Shown one piece after another: positions 40,571-57,824 of a stretch of DNA of 64,000 nt (positions within the stretch are counted from its first letter, which is position 1; every line of letters begins with the position of its first letter). This DNA is from Paraspadella gotoi. Taxonomy: Eukaryota; Animalia; Chaetognatha. The position numbers and the translations under genes were made by a program. The stretch lies in assembly GCA_051294375.1 (NCBI GenBank), contig JBJCIZ010000028.1, positions 2,071,647-2,135,646 on the forward strand, given 5' to 3'. Below the pieces are notes generated by a model. That model had not been told where the DNA came from. It saw only the letters and a list, made by a program, of their open reading frames with translations, and ran no database searches.

Positions 40571-43500
40571 CGATCGTCGATGTAAAATGTAAACAATATT
40601 GTACTTTTGAAAAATGTAAGAAAGAGAGGAGGATAAGAGTCGAACGATAGTAGCATTAAAAAGTGAGGAGGATGGGGCAGTCCTGGATACGAAAGTGGGA
40701 AATGAAACTTGAATTAAACGTACGGAGATGTTTAGCGATAATTAAGGCATTATATGGAATTTATATTTTGGGACATTTTTAGAAGAATGTGTCTTAAGGT
40801 CATAATAGTCTTGAGGCGTGATTATGGAGTTCGGTTAGTTCTTAAAGGGGTGATAGGTTTTTCTTTTTATTGTCAAGGTAGGCGGAGGAGGCGGATTTTG
40901 AAGACAAATATCGTGGAGATACTTATGGCTTTTATGGCGTGGTTGGTCTGGTATCGGTGTTATTAGCATGTCTTTGTTTATCTTGAGTGATTATATGGTA
41001 TTGATCTCATTGAGTATTTTTATTTGAGCGAGTCTCTTTTGTATATGTTTTTTTTTTCCTTTGTATTTATTAGCCCATTTGGTTGATAAAAAAAAAAAAA
41101 AACACATTATATAAAAATTTTAAAATTTTAATTTCATAAAAATCCCAAAGAAAATTAATTAATCAGGATAGAGCGAATTTGGGGTTGTTACAGAAGTTAT
41201 AAGACCCTTGCTTTTTGCTGAAAACCCCGCCTATTAGCTTCTAAAAATTAGAAACGGGAGAGTCGCTACTAGATGAGATCTACCTGGTTTTCTGTTGGTT
41301 TTATTTGGGCATTATCAGAGGTATCTGTTCCTTTTTGGGTTTTCTCTCAGGTGATGTTTGGTTTTGTGTTTATCTTTTGGGTTTTCAGTTTTGTTTTTTA
41401 ATATAATTTGTTGTTTGTGTGTGTGTTGATGCTGGCTTCCAGCTTTCTCTTTCGTTTCGGCGTGTTTAGGGCATCTAGGATTCGTCAGTCGCGTTGAAAG
41501 CCGACTGGGGAAAGAATCTGCGGGGTGTTAAGGGGCGAGATAGAAAATACTATTACTAATTTCCTTAAAATTTAATTCAGATCATGTACTCTTTTAAGGC
41601 ACGATCTTTTCTCCTCACTTTTTTAATACTTTTTTTTGGTGTTTCGTCTCTGGGTTCAATCTTTTCCAGTGCTTTCTTTTTATTCTATCATGTACGTCTC
41701 ATAACTCACAAAGCAAAACGATTAATTTATCTGTGCGGGTTATCGAATCGTATAAATTACCAGTTTTTTTTTGGATATTGCAGTTGAAAATACTTCTTAA
41801 TAAACAATGCTGGGGACGAATGGTCTAAAATCAACAAATTTACATGCGGTGGTGCCGGATTTCGACTTTCTCGTGTTTGATTCTGTGTGGTACGGAGTTT
41901 TTTTTCTAATAGATTCTGATTATTCCTATGTATGATAAGATACGTAGAGAGACCGTAAGGTTATTTTTTTGAAAACGCGTTTCGTGGCGGGAAAGAACCT
42001 GTCCAGGCCGCTCTCTGCCTCTCTCTGCATCATTCCTCTGCCTCTCGTCTTCTTTTTAAAAACACTTATTTTGGGCCGGATTACTCTTATGTTCATATTG
42101 GGTGGTTGAGGAATTCTATAAGAATACTCGATGGTTGCAAATGTAAAAAGAGAATGATGTAACTTACGTCTCTCGAAACCGGAATCCTGCGGATCGAATA
42201 ACGACGGGGAAGTGTGATGTATTTTGAAAGTCTTCTGTCGTCATTCATGAATCAAAAGATACCATAATATCATCGTTCAATTTATCTGCAAAAAAAATAA
42301 ATTCGGGGGCTTTTAATTTAAGGAGGAATTGTTTTATAATGGTTGTATCTTTACTCATATCACGAAGTCTCTAATAAGCAGTTGTTTAAGAGTTTTATAA
42401 TTTATACGATGTTAATTTGTGATCAGCGCGGGCGTTCGGTTGAAATGTCTTCAATGAATCACGGGAGGATCATCATCCGAACAAGCTTCGCATTTCAATG
42501 ATGACTATCAGCGTATCAATGAATGATTATCAATGACGGGTTAGAACCCAGGTAAGATCTCATTCTAATGTGAGAATGAACTTTATGGCTATGTATCCGC
42601 CATCTATCATTTGATTATCAATCACATGCAGTCATTTTGTTATGCATCGCACTATGTTTGGTTACATCATGCGTCAGATATTTGGTTTGAGTTAGGAATC
42701 ATTTTTGCTTTTTAAATGCGCATACAATATTTGGACGTTATATAATCATTGTGAAATATGCGGGGACGTGCGAGCAAATCCTTATATTTTGGTTTACATA
42801 TCGGAACGAGCGGCTCGAATCTTGTGATGCTTGTTAAGATTTTTAAAAGCAGTTCGAATTGGCGCTTTTCACTAAAAGTTGATATATCAATTTTATTAGG
42901 GAGTGAAAATATTAACCACTTGTCTTTTTTTAAAAATTGTATTTATGTAAAGTTGGGGTCAAAATCATCAAGTCGAATCAAGCTCAATCAGAGGAGATGA
43001 TAGAAAACGAGACAGGGAAATCTGTTTGGAAAAATTACAAATCAAATGTGTTCTTTTTCTAGGGTTCGGGATGGCCTCTTTTTCGGGGCGACTAGCGGTC
43101 GGAACTATTTGTCAAAATTACAATATGCTTTGCTTTTTGTCTTTTTTTTTACTTTTTTCTGGTCATTAGATGATTTCTGTAGTAGGGATTTTGGGGAGAA
43201 TCGTCTTCCTTATGGGGTAAATAATAATTAACTCAGGGTGAGGGAGGGATGACAACATCGAATTTGAGAGAGCAATAAGGAAAAAACCCAAAGAGAAAGG
43301 GAAGAGTGAAAGAGGCTAGAGAGAGACGAGAGAGAGAGAGACGAGAGAGAGAGACAGAGACAGAGAGAGAGAGTGGTTTTTCGAAGCTTTAATAGGTTAT
43401 TTGAACCCCAAGCCGTAAAATTCACAACTAATTTGAATTGGGGTGCTGGCGCGGGATATGCCGGGATGATAAATATGGCCCACGGACTAAGATAGGCCGC

Positions 43501-44187
43501 CGTGGGGCTCCGTAGATTTGCGGTGAACTTATAGTTAGAGCGCGGGTTCCACCTTGAGAATGCGCGAGGGTCGGAAAAGTTTGACAGTTTAAACTGCGAA
43601 TGGATACCTTTGGCGCGTAATATTTTCTCAGGAAAATCGGGGCGAATATTGCTGCAGTGCATGATAGGTGGGAATCATGGGAAACTTTATACTCTCTCAT
43701 GACTCTGACCAATTGGCTCCCATTTTATCAAGGCGAGGATACTGCACCAAGCATGATGAAGAGGACGATGAAGGTGGATAAAGAACAAAATTGTTCCTTA
43801 CGGCAGAAAGCATGCATTTTCTTTGACGACGTTTTCTTCGTCACCTGTTTTTTATTCCTCTTTTTTTTAATGTTTTTCTTTTATTTCCTCTTTGTGTTTT
43901 CACTTTCTTTCTTGGCTTGTCACTGTCTTTCTTTCTTTCTTCTTTCTTTCTTTCTATCTTCATTTTTTCTCTATCTTTTTTTTTTCCTCCCAATGTCTTT
44001 TTCCTTTTTTTTCTTTCTTCTTCTCCTTTTCTTTTTTTTTTTCTTCATCTCTCTACTTTTTTTTGCCAATCGCTTGCTTTTTTTCTTTCTTTCTTTCGAG
44101 TTTCTTTCTTTTTTCTTTCTTTCTCTCTTTCCCCTTATTCATGATCTTAGTGTTGTTTAAGTGATCGTGTTTTTTTTTGAGCGACGA

Positions 44188-44244
<57 letters not shown>

Positions 44245-45262
44245 TGAGAGGAGACAAGGCAGGAGTTGAAAAGTGAGAGAGAGAGAAAGAGAGTAGAGGA
44301 GAGATATTCATTATAGAGAGAGAGCGTATCAATGGAAGCTCGGTCGGTGTGTTTTAGTTTGTGTGTAAAATGGAGGGGCGTACCGTAAAGGAGATGAAGA
44401 GGGACGGAGAGAGAGGAGAGAGAGGAGAGAGGAGAAGATAAGTCTTTTTTCGCGCATAAAGAAGCATCCTGGAGGAACGAGGCGTTATTAGTTGATTGGG
44501 ATCTGACCGATCTTTAGACGGGGAGTTTCCAGTCGACTCAAGGACGAAGAAGGGTTTAGAAGAGGGGCAGATTTTGATAGGTAGGCCCGCGGAGAATAGG
44601 CGTAACAGATGTTTTGCCGGGCAAGTGATTCTGTGTGAAGTAGGAGGATAGGAGCAGGAGGAGCACGAGAGATCGAGAAGTAGAGAGAGAGAAATGATGA
44701 AGAGAACGACTGAGTGGTAGTCTTCAGCAGTCAGTTGCGCTTGCGGTACGCATTTGAAACCAAACTCGGTCCTTATCGAGCTTTTTTTGTTCTGACCTGT
44801 CTGTTAACGGGGGGTATGATGACGGGTTTGTAGACTAATCACGCAAGTGATGAAGGGTTTAGAAGAGGATATGCAGTTTTCGAGCTGCGTCTGTTGAGAG
44901 AGAGTAGAGAGAGAGAGAGAGGACNNNNNNNNNNNNNNNNNNNNNNNNNACCAATTAATGTACTTTTGAGAGATTCGTACGACATTCGATATGAATCGAA
45001 TCAAGCGTTATCTTTAACAATATTAATAATAATAATAATAATAATAATTATAATACTAATTAAAAATTAATTAGGTTATGCATGTGTGAAAGATGTACCT
45101 TTCGAAAGCCGAGAGGAGGAGCTCGAAAGGATCGCGAATTATGTGAAATTGATGATGATGAATGTATGATGATGATTATGATTTATGATTGATCTCAGGA
45201 GAATTCAAGTCGGATATTAAAATCGGATTCTCTTTTGGAATTCGAAAAAAAAGTATCTCTCT

Positions 45263-45293
<31 letters not shown>

Positions 45294-45899
45294 TCTTCCC
45301 TCCTTCTCTTTCTCTCTCTCTCCTTTTCTTCCCTCTTCTTTCTTCCTTCTCTCTCTCTCTCTCTCTCTCTCTTCTTTCTCTCTCTTCTTCCTCTCCTTCT
45401 CTTCTCTCTCTCTCTCTTCTTCTCTTCAAATTTTATTTTACGTCCATTTTTAATGAAAGCCGCTAAATAGAGCGCTCGGGAGTCGAGTTGTCCGTTTCTG
45501 TATTGCATCATTTATCATTTCTCTCTCTTCTCCTCTCTCTCTCTCTCCCAGCGTCTCTCTCTCTTCTCTCTCTCTCTACTCTGCAGTCTTCTCTCCTTTC
45601 TTTCTTGTTCACAATTGGTGCGCACATTTTGCATGACTCTATATGCAGGCACCGTTTATTTTTTGGCTCGGGGAAGATGATGCGACGAGAGAGAGAGGAG
45701 AGAGAGAGGAGAGAGAAGAGAATGAGAGAGAAGAGTAGAGAGAGGAGAGAGAAGAGCGGACGGATGAGCGGAGAGATGGTCAAATCAATCCGGAGAAATC
45801 TTTTCTCTAATCTCCTTGTCCTCTAAGCGGAGAAAGGAAAAAAAGAAGAAAAGAAAGAGAGGAAAGAAAAAGAAGAAGCCGAATAGTACCGATAAATTT

Positions 45900-49595
<3,696 letters not shown>

Positions 49596-51616
49596 TGATT
49601 TTTTTAAATAACCTTAAAGCTTACGTGACTCTCTCGAAGAGTTACCGAGCGACCACGTTGACAATGTTCGACGCCCTCTCCGTCGACTAGAATCCATCGC
49701 TAATAATAATTTAAAAATTAATAACCAATAATTATTTTCTACGAGTGAAAAATTTTCAGTCGAATTTTGAATGACCATCGTAATACTTTCAGTTTAAGCA
49801 ATCGCTCAGTGTACTACAATATTCAAATGAGATTTCGGTTCTACCGTCGAGCTTGTGCGGAGTTTCGTAATTTCCGCGAAACCGTCACAATATATATTTC
49901 TCTTATTAGAATGATACAACCATTATTAAATCAATCCTCCTTAATTAAAAAGCCCGAATTTATTTTTATTCTTAAATTATTATTATTGTTTTTTTTTAAA
50001 TATTTCAAGATGATCGTCACACTTCTCCGTCGTTATTCGATTCCCGAGGATTCCGTTTTGTAACGTTAATCATTCTTTCTTTTTAATTGAAACATCGATT
50101 ATCTTATTAAGAATTCATCAAACTACAATATGTAAATAAGAGTAATCGGCAATAGGTTTTTTAAAAAAGAGTTAAAAAAAATTCTGGTTAACAGAATTAA
50201 GGACGAGGAAAACGACCGATGACCATCGTACCCGCATGATACTGCAATATGCAAATTAGATTATAACGCTAAATTAATCGTTTTGCTTTGTTATTTATAA
50301 TAAAAGCTGAAAGATTGAGACAGAGACGGAAACCAAAAATTTAAAAAATGAGACGTGCCCTTAATTTCTGTTAAATTTTAGATGTTTTTTTTTCTATCTC
50401 GTCCCCTTAAACCCGCAGATTTCTTCCCCGTCGCTCTCACGCCTGGTCTTGCCCTCGCATCAACAACAACAACAACAAATTGTGATATAAAAAACTAAAA
50501 CTGAAAACAAAAATAAACAAAAACAAAACATACGAGAAACAAAAAGGAAAATTATCAAAATAAAACAAAGAAAACAGGAATTCTTCTAGAGCGCTTCCAT
50601 CCAATAGAATATATAGCGTCGTGTTTATTACTTTAACCATTCGGCTCTCCGTGATATTGACTGAACGAAAATTAAATTGAATATAATTGTTTAAAGTTGT
50701 TTAACAAAGTTAAATTAGAATCAACTAAGGACAGCGATCTCGTATTTTTGATCTCTTTGAATAAAAAGAAAAACTTTTAAAAACAATCAACGTTTAATTA
50801 AACAATTCGCCCAAAAATATAAATAATATTACGTAAACGAATTTTCGACAGCTCTGTGATAAAAACGTTTGGATTAAATTGCGAAAAAAAATAAAGATCA
50901 CATCCACGGAAAATAGGGGATCATAAAAAGGAACAAATTAAGATACAAAAAAAAACTTAAAAAAAAAGATCATAAAAAGATCTTAAAAAAAAACCCAACC
51001 GAACAATTTGGATATTCAGATGAGAAGCCTTGATGCCTCCAGCGAGATGGCTTCCTCACCTAAAAACAACGCAAAGCGAGTTTGCGAGGTAAGTTTAGAT
51101 TTTTTGGGTTTCAGTTTTAATTTCACCTGAGAGCCGCTAAAAGAGTAAAAAAGCCTCTTAAAAAAACGTATTATAAAAAATAAGGTTTTATTGTTATAAT
51201 CACACGTTTTTATCAGAAGCAAAGAGTAGGAGGTTAAATAGAGTAAACAATATGAAAAAAAAACTGTTTTAATTAATAAAAATGTAAAAGTACAAAAAGC
51301 AAAAAATTAGCAAAAGATCAGTTACTAATCAGTTACTGATTTGTAAGGAAATTGTAAACTCTTATCCTACTGTTTTTAAAATCGTAAATAAATGTAACGT
51401 TTGAGCCGACAAAAAATATTCTCTTTTGCAATAATCACGCACAAATATATTTTTTTTCTAATTAATGCCCCGCTTTTTAAACAAAACAAAATGTGGGACG
51501 GTCAGTTCTGTCTCTTCAGAATAAAAATAACTTTTTGATTTAAAATCTCCCGCCCAAGTTTGTTATCCATCTTGTTTTAAATCATACTAAGCTATATCTT
51601 TGTTTTCTATCTGCTC

Positions 51617-51737
51617 TATATCTTTGTCTTTCCGATATCTTTGTCTTTCTGATATCTTTGTCTTTCCGATATCTTTGTCTTTCTGATATCTTTCTTTCCG
51701 ATATCTTTGTCTTTCTGATATCTTTGTCTTTCCGATA
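51617..51737. repeat. 17-bp tandem repeat ATATCTTTGTCTTT(C/T)CG-type, about 7 units
   Basis: Direct reading. Confidence 0.85.
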
Positions 51738-52132
51738 ATTTCTGATTGTCATGAGATATAATAAGTAAAAAAAAACTACATTTGATTTTTGTTTTTATTT
51801 CGGTAGTTTTTTTTTTACTTATTTCTTATGACAATCAATAATTTTCGCTGGACGAAATTAGTAAAACAAAATAAGCCAAAAGACATTATTATCTATAATA
51901 TATTTTTTACAACTTATTTTTTATAACTTATATACTATTGCTCCAGAACATTGATTGTCATTTTGTTTTTTACATTCGATCTTACATCCTAGAACGAAGC
52001 GCCACCGACCCGACGACGGTGAAAAGCAGAAGCTTAATAAAAACAAAAGATTCCAGAGAGAAAAAAAGTCGGACAAAAACCGAGAGAGTCTGACGGTGAA
52101 AGGCCGAAGATAAATGAGAGAGAATGAGAGAG

Positions 52133-52214
<82 letters not shown>

Positions 52215-52308
52215 ATACGCTGCGTGATCTTGGGTCTCGCCCGACAATTCACTAAAATATACGAAGAGAGAAAAAGGGAAAACGTTTCCAGCATCGGAGG
52301 AGGGGGAC

Positions 52309-52362
<54 letters not shown>

Positions 52363-53345
52363 TAGATAAGCTAAGATTGAAATTGAATTACGATAATTTA
52401 GCTACAATTGTACATTTTTTGAATAAAACCTAAACTGTATAAATCGAAATTCTTTGTCTTTTGGCTTAATTTGTATCAACGTTTGCGTTTAATTGTCAGC
52501 ATCTTTCAAGAAAAACACAAAAGTTAAACGTTTATTCAATTAAAGTTAAGTGTTTATACATCAATGTCCGATTTTGGTTTTGGTGGCTTGATAATCCTAT
52601 GATTATATACTACTACTAGTTTTCTACTACCTAAATATAAAATACTTACAGTTAAAAACTTAGTCATCGAAGTTTCAAAATTTAAAAAAAAATGTTCTGT
52701 TGAGACATTGTGCGTTGTGCAATAAAGAAAAAAGGATTTAACATTAACATTTTAAATTAGTGTAGTTTTTTTAATCAAACAGGAAATGGTTTTACTAAAT
52801 AATTTAAATCGTATAAAATACAACAAAAGTTTGGCATTCGGGAAAAGATAATGATAATAAAGATATTGCAAAAAAGGAAATTTAGTGATAAATTGTGATA
52901 AATTCTCGAAATTAAAAAGTGAGTTCGAGGTGAGGCTCGCGGCTGAAGTTGAGGCACGGAGATGAAAGGAAACCCGGGTTAGGGTAAGGGTTGGGGAGAG
53001 ACCCGGGGGTGACGCTAGAGTGAGGGTTTCGGCTCGGCATAAGACACGAGGCCCCGTTTAGGGTTAGGATTTTGATTGGAGCCCGGTTTAGGGCAAGGGT
53101 TGAGCGGGAGGCTCTCTGACGATGTTCCGAGTCGGGGAATGGATTAGGTTTAGGGTTTGGCCGAGGCGCGAGCGTATTACTTCATTTACAATTGAAAGAT
53201 GATATTATTTGCAAAAAAAATTATCTGTGAAAGAATATTAAAGATTTTTGATATTCTAAAGTGCCATAGATTATTATTCTTGTTTTTTTATTTATAAGGT
53301 AAGGCTGTGGTAAATACAGTTGTCTATAAAGTGGTCAATTCAGAG

Positions 53346-55211
53346 TTACAAGTTGAAGAATCCGAAAATAGGAATTATCATGAAGGGAAGTTGCATGAAG
53401 TCGATATGATCAATATCAGGCCAATCCATATTGTTCATAAATTTTGAAAAGTAAGAGGAAAAATTCATAATCATTTTTTCTGCTATTTCTGTTTGTTTTG
53501 GTGAAGCAGTTGACTGTTTATTTTTAACACAACTAAAAACTTTTTCGCCAAACACTCTGAAATACGTTAAATCGGGACTAGAAGATGGATAAAAATCTGC
53601 CTTATGAACCGTAATGTAGTATATCAGCATAAAATTTTTCTTTGGAAAATTGTCAAAATAAATATTTTGGATGGAATGTTTTTTTTTGTGATGAGGCCAC
53701 AGCTCAGTCAATATATATAGGAAAGTATATATTACTGAGATATATGAATAAAATATAAATTTTGTCTTGATTTTTTTGCGGAATTTTAATGTTAGTAAAT
53801 AGTATAAAATATTCATTTTGGGTAACATTAGGATGAAAATAAAAAAGTTAAAATTTTCTGATATGTATTTGTAGGAAAAAATTTCTGAATAAAATCGTTT
53901 TAATTTCAGATGAGAGTTTCTAATGGTTAAATTATGATGACACATTTCCATCGTTAATTCTTTTATTTCTTGCTCAAAGGTAGTTTTTATGAAAATAATT
54001 TTAAAAAGTAAGTAGGAACAAAACTGAACTACCGTAAAGCTTAAAATACCTTTGATTGTCTTATGTTTAATATGGTTTTTAGTCTTTATTAGAAGGACAA
54101 ACAAGACGATCCAAAAATTGTTTGACAAAATATTAGACAATTTGAAAATTTTTAAATGTAAAAATTGAAAAGCTTCGAATTTTTTCTCGGTCCAAAGTTT
54201 CTGATAAGGAATGTTTTCAAACATTATTGTTACGGAACAACAAGAAACACAAATCAAAATTATCCCAAACACAGATATTATATTGAAAAGGAGATGGAAA
54301 CTCATCCTCCGAAAGTTTATTGCTGCCATAGCATTAAAAAAACACATAATGATATCACTCAGCATCACAGTGGAAAGTATTTTCAAGTCAGGATTAAAAT
54401 AAGCAGTATTTCCTAAACTAATCACGCGAGTTAATCTACCTTTTTTTGGAGATCCACAACCTAAATTTAACACGTTTTTGTAATCAAGGAATTGGAATTT
54501 TTCCCATTTTTTGTCACCTTTTCTATTGGGTATTGCACAGTTTAAATCATTTAAACCAGTCCGTGGATTACTTACTCTTTTAAAAAACATCAATTTGTGG
54601 GGCGTTCTTCTTTCTACAATGCTATTAAATCCCCAAAAGCTGTTCTTATACTCCTTGCCTATGTACATTAATTCGATTTCATTATGCCTTTTAGCTATAA
54701 ATATAATTGATATTAAAAACAGATTGTAGATTGAGCATCTGATTAAATTAGAAAGATTGATATTATCTCGTCTTGATTTTGTTAGTTCTCTACCATAAAA
54801 AGAACTTTTAAAAATTATAATTGTGCGCTTCATTTCCACTACTGTAAAAATACGCAACAGGACAATGGGCGAAAGAAATAAAAATATTTCAGACACGGGA
54901 AGTAAACATACAAAAAACACATATAAAAATGTCATCAGCCCGAACATAATTTGTATACAACAAGTTGCTTTGAACAATGCAATAGAAATAAAGGAATTTA
55001 AATTATGATTCACAAATTGTTCCCGGAAATAAGCCGCTGTCTTAGCAACGCTAAAAGTAGACAAGGCTACCGAGAAGAATGGCCAATAATTTTGAATGTC
55101 CCACTGGCAAGTATATTCGCCATTCCGGTTAAAAGAACAACCGCACATAACTCTTGGACGGATCATAGTCACAGTCCCATCATGCGCGACAGAAAACAGT
55201 AAACGGTTACT
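53346..55211 (-). CDS. exon 2 (621 aa, terminal) of XK-related multipass membrane protein, paralog A
   Basis: Uninterrupted frame with many hydrophobic segments; acceptor TTTTTTTTCCATATCAG|AGTAAC at 55212/55211, phase 0; colinear with 60537-62453. Confidence 0.8.
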   Translation of the reverse strand, partial: SNRLLFSVAHDGTVTMIRPRVMCGCSFNRNGEYTCQWDIQNYWPFFSVALSTFSVAKTAAYFREQFVNHNLNSFISIALFKATCCIQIMFGLMTFLYVFFVCLLPVSEIFLFLSPIVLLRIFTVVEMKRTIIIFKSSFYGRELTKSRRDNINLSNLIRCSIYNLFLISIIFIAKRHNEIELMYIGKEYKNSFWGFNSIVERRTPHKLMFFKRVSNPRTGLNDLNCAIPNRKGDKKWEKFQFLDYKNVLNLGCGSPKKGRLTRVISLGNTAYFNPDLKILSTVMLSDIIMCFFNAMAAINFRRMSFHLLFNIISVFGIILICVSCCSVTIMFENIPYQKLWTEKKFEAFQFLHLKIFKLSNILSNNFWIVLFVLLIKTKNHIKHKTIKGILSFTVVQFCSYLLFKIIFIKTTFEQEIKELTMEMCHHNLTIRNSHLKLKRFYSEIFSYKYISENFNFFIFILMLPKMNILYYLLTLKFRKKIKTKFIFYSYISVIYTFLYILTELWPHHKKKHSIQNIYFDNFPKKNFMLIYYITVHKADFYPSSSPDLTYFRVFGEKVFSCVKNKQSTASPKQTEIAEKMIMNFSSYFSKFMNNMDWPDIDHIDFMQLPFMIIPIFGFFNL

Positions 55212-55603
55212 CTGATATGGAAAAAAAATTGAAATATACCATTTCTTGAACCATAAAAAAGAGTTAATATTTTACAAAACTTATCAACGTTTTTTGTTTT
55301 TTTAATTTCTTCACCCCATTTCTTTTCCTAATTTCCTGGACTTAATTTCACCCTAACTTGTTATCTAACCCAGTGCCCAATCGATAATCCTTGAACTAAT
55401 CCCTAACCTAGTCCCAAAAAGGAAGCCATTTTAAATATCTGTATGTAAAACTCTCCAATCCTAAATTGCACAATGTAAAACTTTTAAAAAGAAAAAAAAA
55501 CTCTACACAACACAAGGTTAGATTACTTTCTGTTCCAGTTTTATAATAGATATCGTATATGATATGTTGGTTAACTCAGCCAATTGACGAATGACTATAC
55601 TAT

Positions 55604-56205
55604 TAAGGCGTAGTAAAATTTCTATATTTAACTTTAATTAAAATTCTAAAAGTGAGGAACGAATAACATTATACTAATAACCATTTATGTAATAAAAAAA
55701 TTTATAATAAATTTTACAATTTACGCAGTAGGCCTTATTTATACTAGTATTAATTCAATAAATGTTAAAATTTCAAAACAGTTTTTTTAAAGATTTTTTT
55801 GCAGATTTGGATTCGTCATAAAAAGTTGATAAAAAGAAATATAACTCTTTTAAAAAAATTCCCTCATTAAGTGGGTCAAAAATTATATTTTAAGCTGAAA
55901 ATTAATTTTTTATATATTAAATATAGTTTTTTTAATTTTTAACCCACTTAATGAAAGAATTTTCAAAAATGATTTATATTTTCTTTTAACAACTTTTGAC
56001 GAGGAATTCAAATCTGCACTCAAAATTAAAAAAAGCCTATTTTGAAATTTTTCGATTTTATAAGGATAGTACTATATATAAATATAGCCTACAGCGAAAA
56101 TTGAAGAACATAAAATTAATTTTTTTTACAAATTAATGTTTACTGATGGTATGTTGTTCATAATTGACATTTAGAATTTTTGTATGTAACTTTCACTACG
56201 CCTTA
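55604..56205. mobile_element. foldback MITE of about 600 bp in the intron of XK-like paralog A
   Basis: Termini TAAGGCGTAGTAAAA ... TTTCACTACGCCTTA; internal arms also pair (GCAGATTTG/CAAATCTGC, CATTAAGTGGGT/ACCCACTTAATG). Flanks TTAA/TTAC suggest a TTAA or TA target site. Confidence 0.8.
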
Positions 56206-56486
56206 CTATACTATGTATAGGATTTAATTCTCTAATTGGGTAGGTCAGAAATTTTATAGATTTCTGAAAAAAACTTATAATAGATTAAAAAATTTTATTA
56301 GAAATTTTCTCTATAAACATATACAAATATTTGCAAAAAAATCAATAATTTTCTTTGAAAAAATTAACCCGAAATACTATCTAAAAAAAATATTAGAAGA
56401 AAAAATTTCATAAACCCTGTGGCTCTCCATATTATTGGTTTAAGAAATATGACGTATATTTCAATATTATTTTTTGCCGTGTCTAC

Positions 56487-57031
56487 CTTCCCGAGAAGTA
56501 ATCTTTCTGTAGTTAAATGATTGATTACGTCAGGGCTAGTTAGGCAGATGTAGGGAGAGCCGCTTGACCAAAACAAAAAAATCGCGTAACACTGAACCAT
56601 TATCTGGGGCAGAGACTCAAAAAAGCAATAGTACATATTCAAGACCAAGATGTTATTTTCCTTCAAGTTTTTTGATTCGCTTTGACTTGAAACAGAGAGA
56701 GAATCAAAAAATAAATCAAGAGTCAAGGGACACAAACTTAATCCCAGAATGTGAAAAATTATTGTCAATGATCGTGTCCACTTGGATTGGTTGAGTCTCT
56801 GATACATAGATTTGTGTTTTTTTCTGATGGCCAAACCAAATATTGTTGTTACGATGCAGTTGATGATGGTTATCACCACGATAGAGTAGCCAAGTGTATT
56901 GAGTTCCGGGTCGCTTTCATTAATGTAATTGAGAGCAGTTTTCAGGTCCACTCCAATCATCTAGGCAATCTGCAATACATTTGAGTTACCACCAAGATGT
57001 AAAATTGTAAAACAGTTTTTTTGTCCATCAT
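56487..57031 (-). CDS. exon 1 of XK-related protein paralog A (frameshift near 56960-56985)
   Basis: Contains the XK-family motif CFFESLPQIMVQCYAIF; upstream MMDKKTVLQFYILVVTQ from ATG 57031 is out of frame; phase-0 donor AAG|GTAGAC at 56487/56486. Confidence 0.7.
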
Positions 57032-57824
57032 GAAGGAAATATAAATATTGTTTAATTTTACTAGTGATCAAAAGCTTCTCAATACTAACTTTTATACCAA
57101 CTTATAAAAAGGAAAAAAACTTGACTAATTTTGCGATTAGGAATCAAAAGGACCATCTGGCTAAAACGTCGCAGTTTAAGTTCTCTTTTGACGAAAAATC
57201 CTGCTAATACTACTGGAAAAAGTATTTATAAAAAGATATGCTTAACATACGAAAATACAGTAGACAACTTTTTTAAAGCCTTGCGCGATGTACTGAAACC
57301 AAACTGGGCTCAAGGAAAGAAAGATTGAATTACTCTATGGACTAACCAGTTTAACACTCAAATTTAGCACCTGTATTTTTTAAAAAAATATGAAATATTC
57401 TTTCTTACAATTTAACTAAAAAAAGATATAAATAAAATTAACATTTGAATAAGAATTAGTCTTTACTGTAGAAATCTAGTTATCTTCTGTTTTAAAATCC
57501 AATCTTTTTCAGCCAAATTGTTTAACTCTCTCTACTTTGTCAAACATAATTACGTTGAAGCTCCCATTTTTTCCCCTCGGCAACTCATTAAAATATAAAA
57601 ATCTAATTTAGTTGCTTAACAAAAAAAACAATTTTCTACAGGAAAATTATTTAACTTACGATGATTTTTTACAAAATTAGGTTTAAGTAAATGATCTGTC
57701 TGTCTGTTTGTTATCTTTCTCTCTATATATATCTTTTTCTCTATCTTTCTTATAACTAGTCAGTTATGCAAAAAATAACCAGCTCAATCAGAAATTTTCA
57801 TATCCACACGCAAAATTTCATTTC

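Noticed and set aside
41300-43050. Possible degraded retrotransposon ORF
   Set aside because: No RT or endonuclease motifs found; much of it aligns as an insertion-rich inverted read of about 49600-50580.
56364-56486. C-terminal 40 aa of the 198-aa ORF
   Set aside because: Probably intron read-through after the AAG|GTAGAC donor; the donor itself is unverified.
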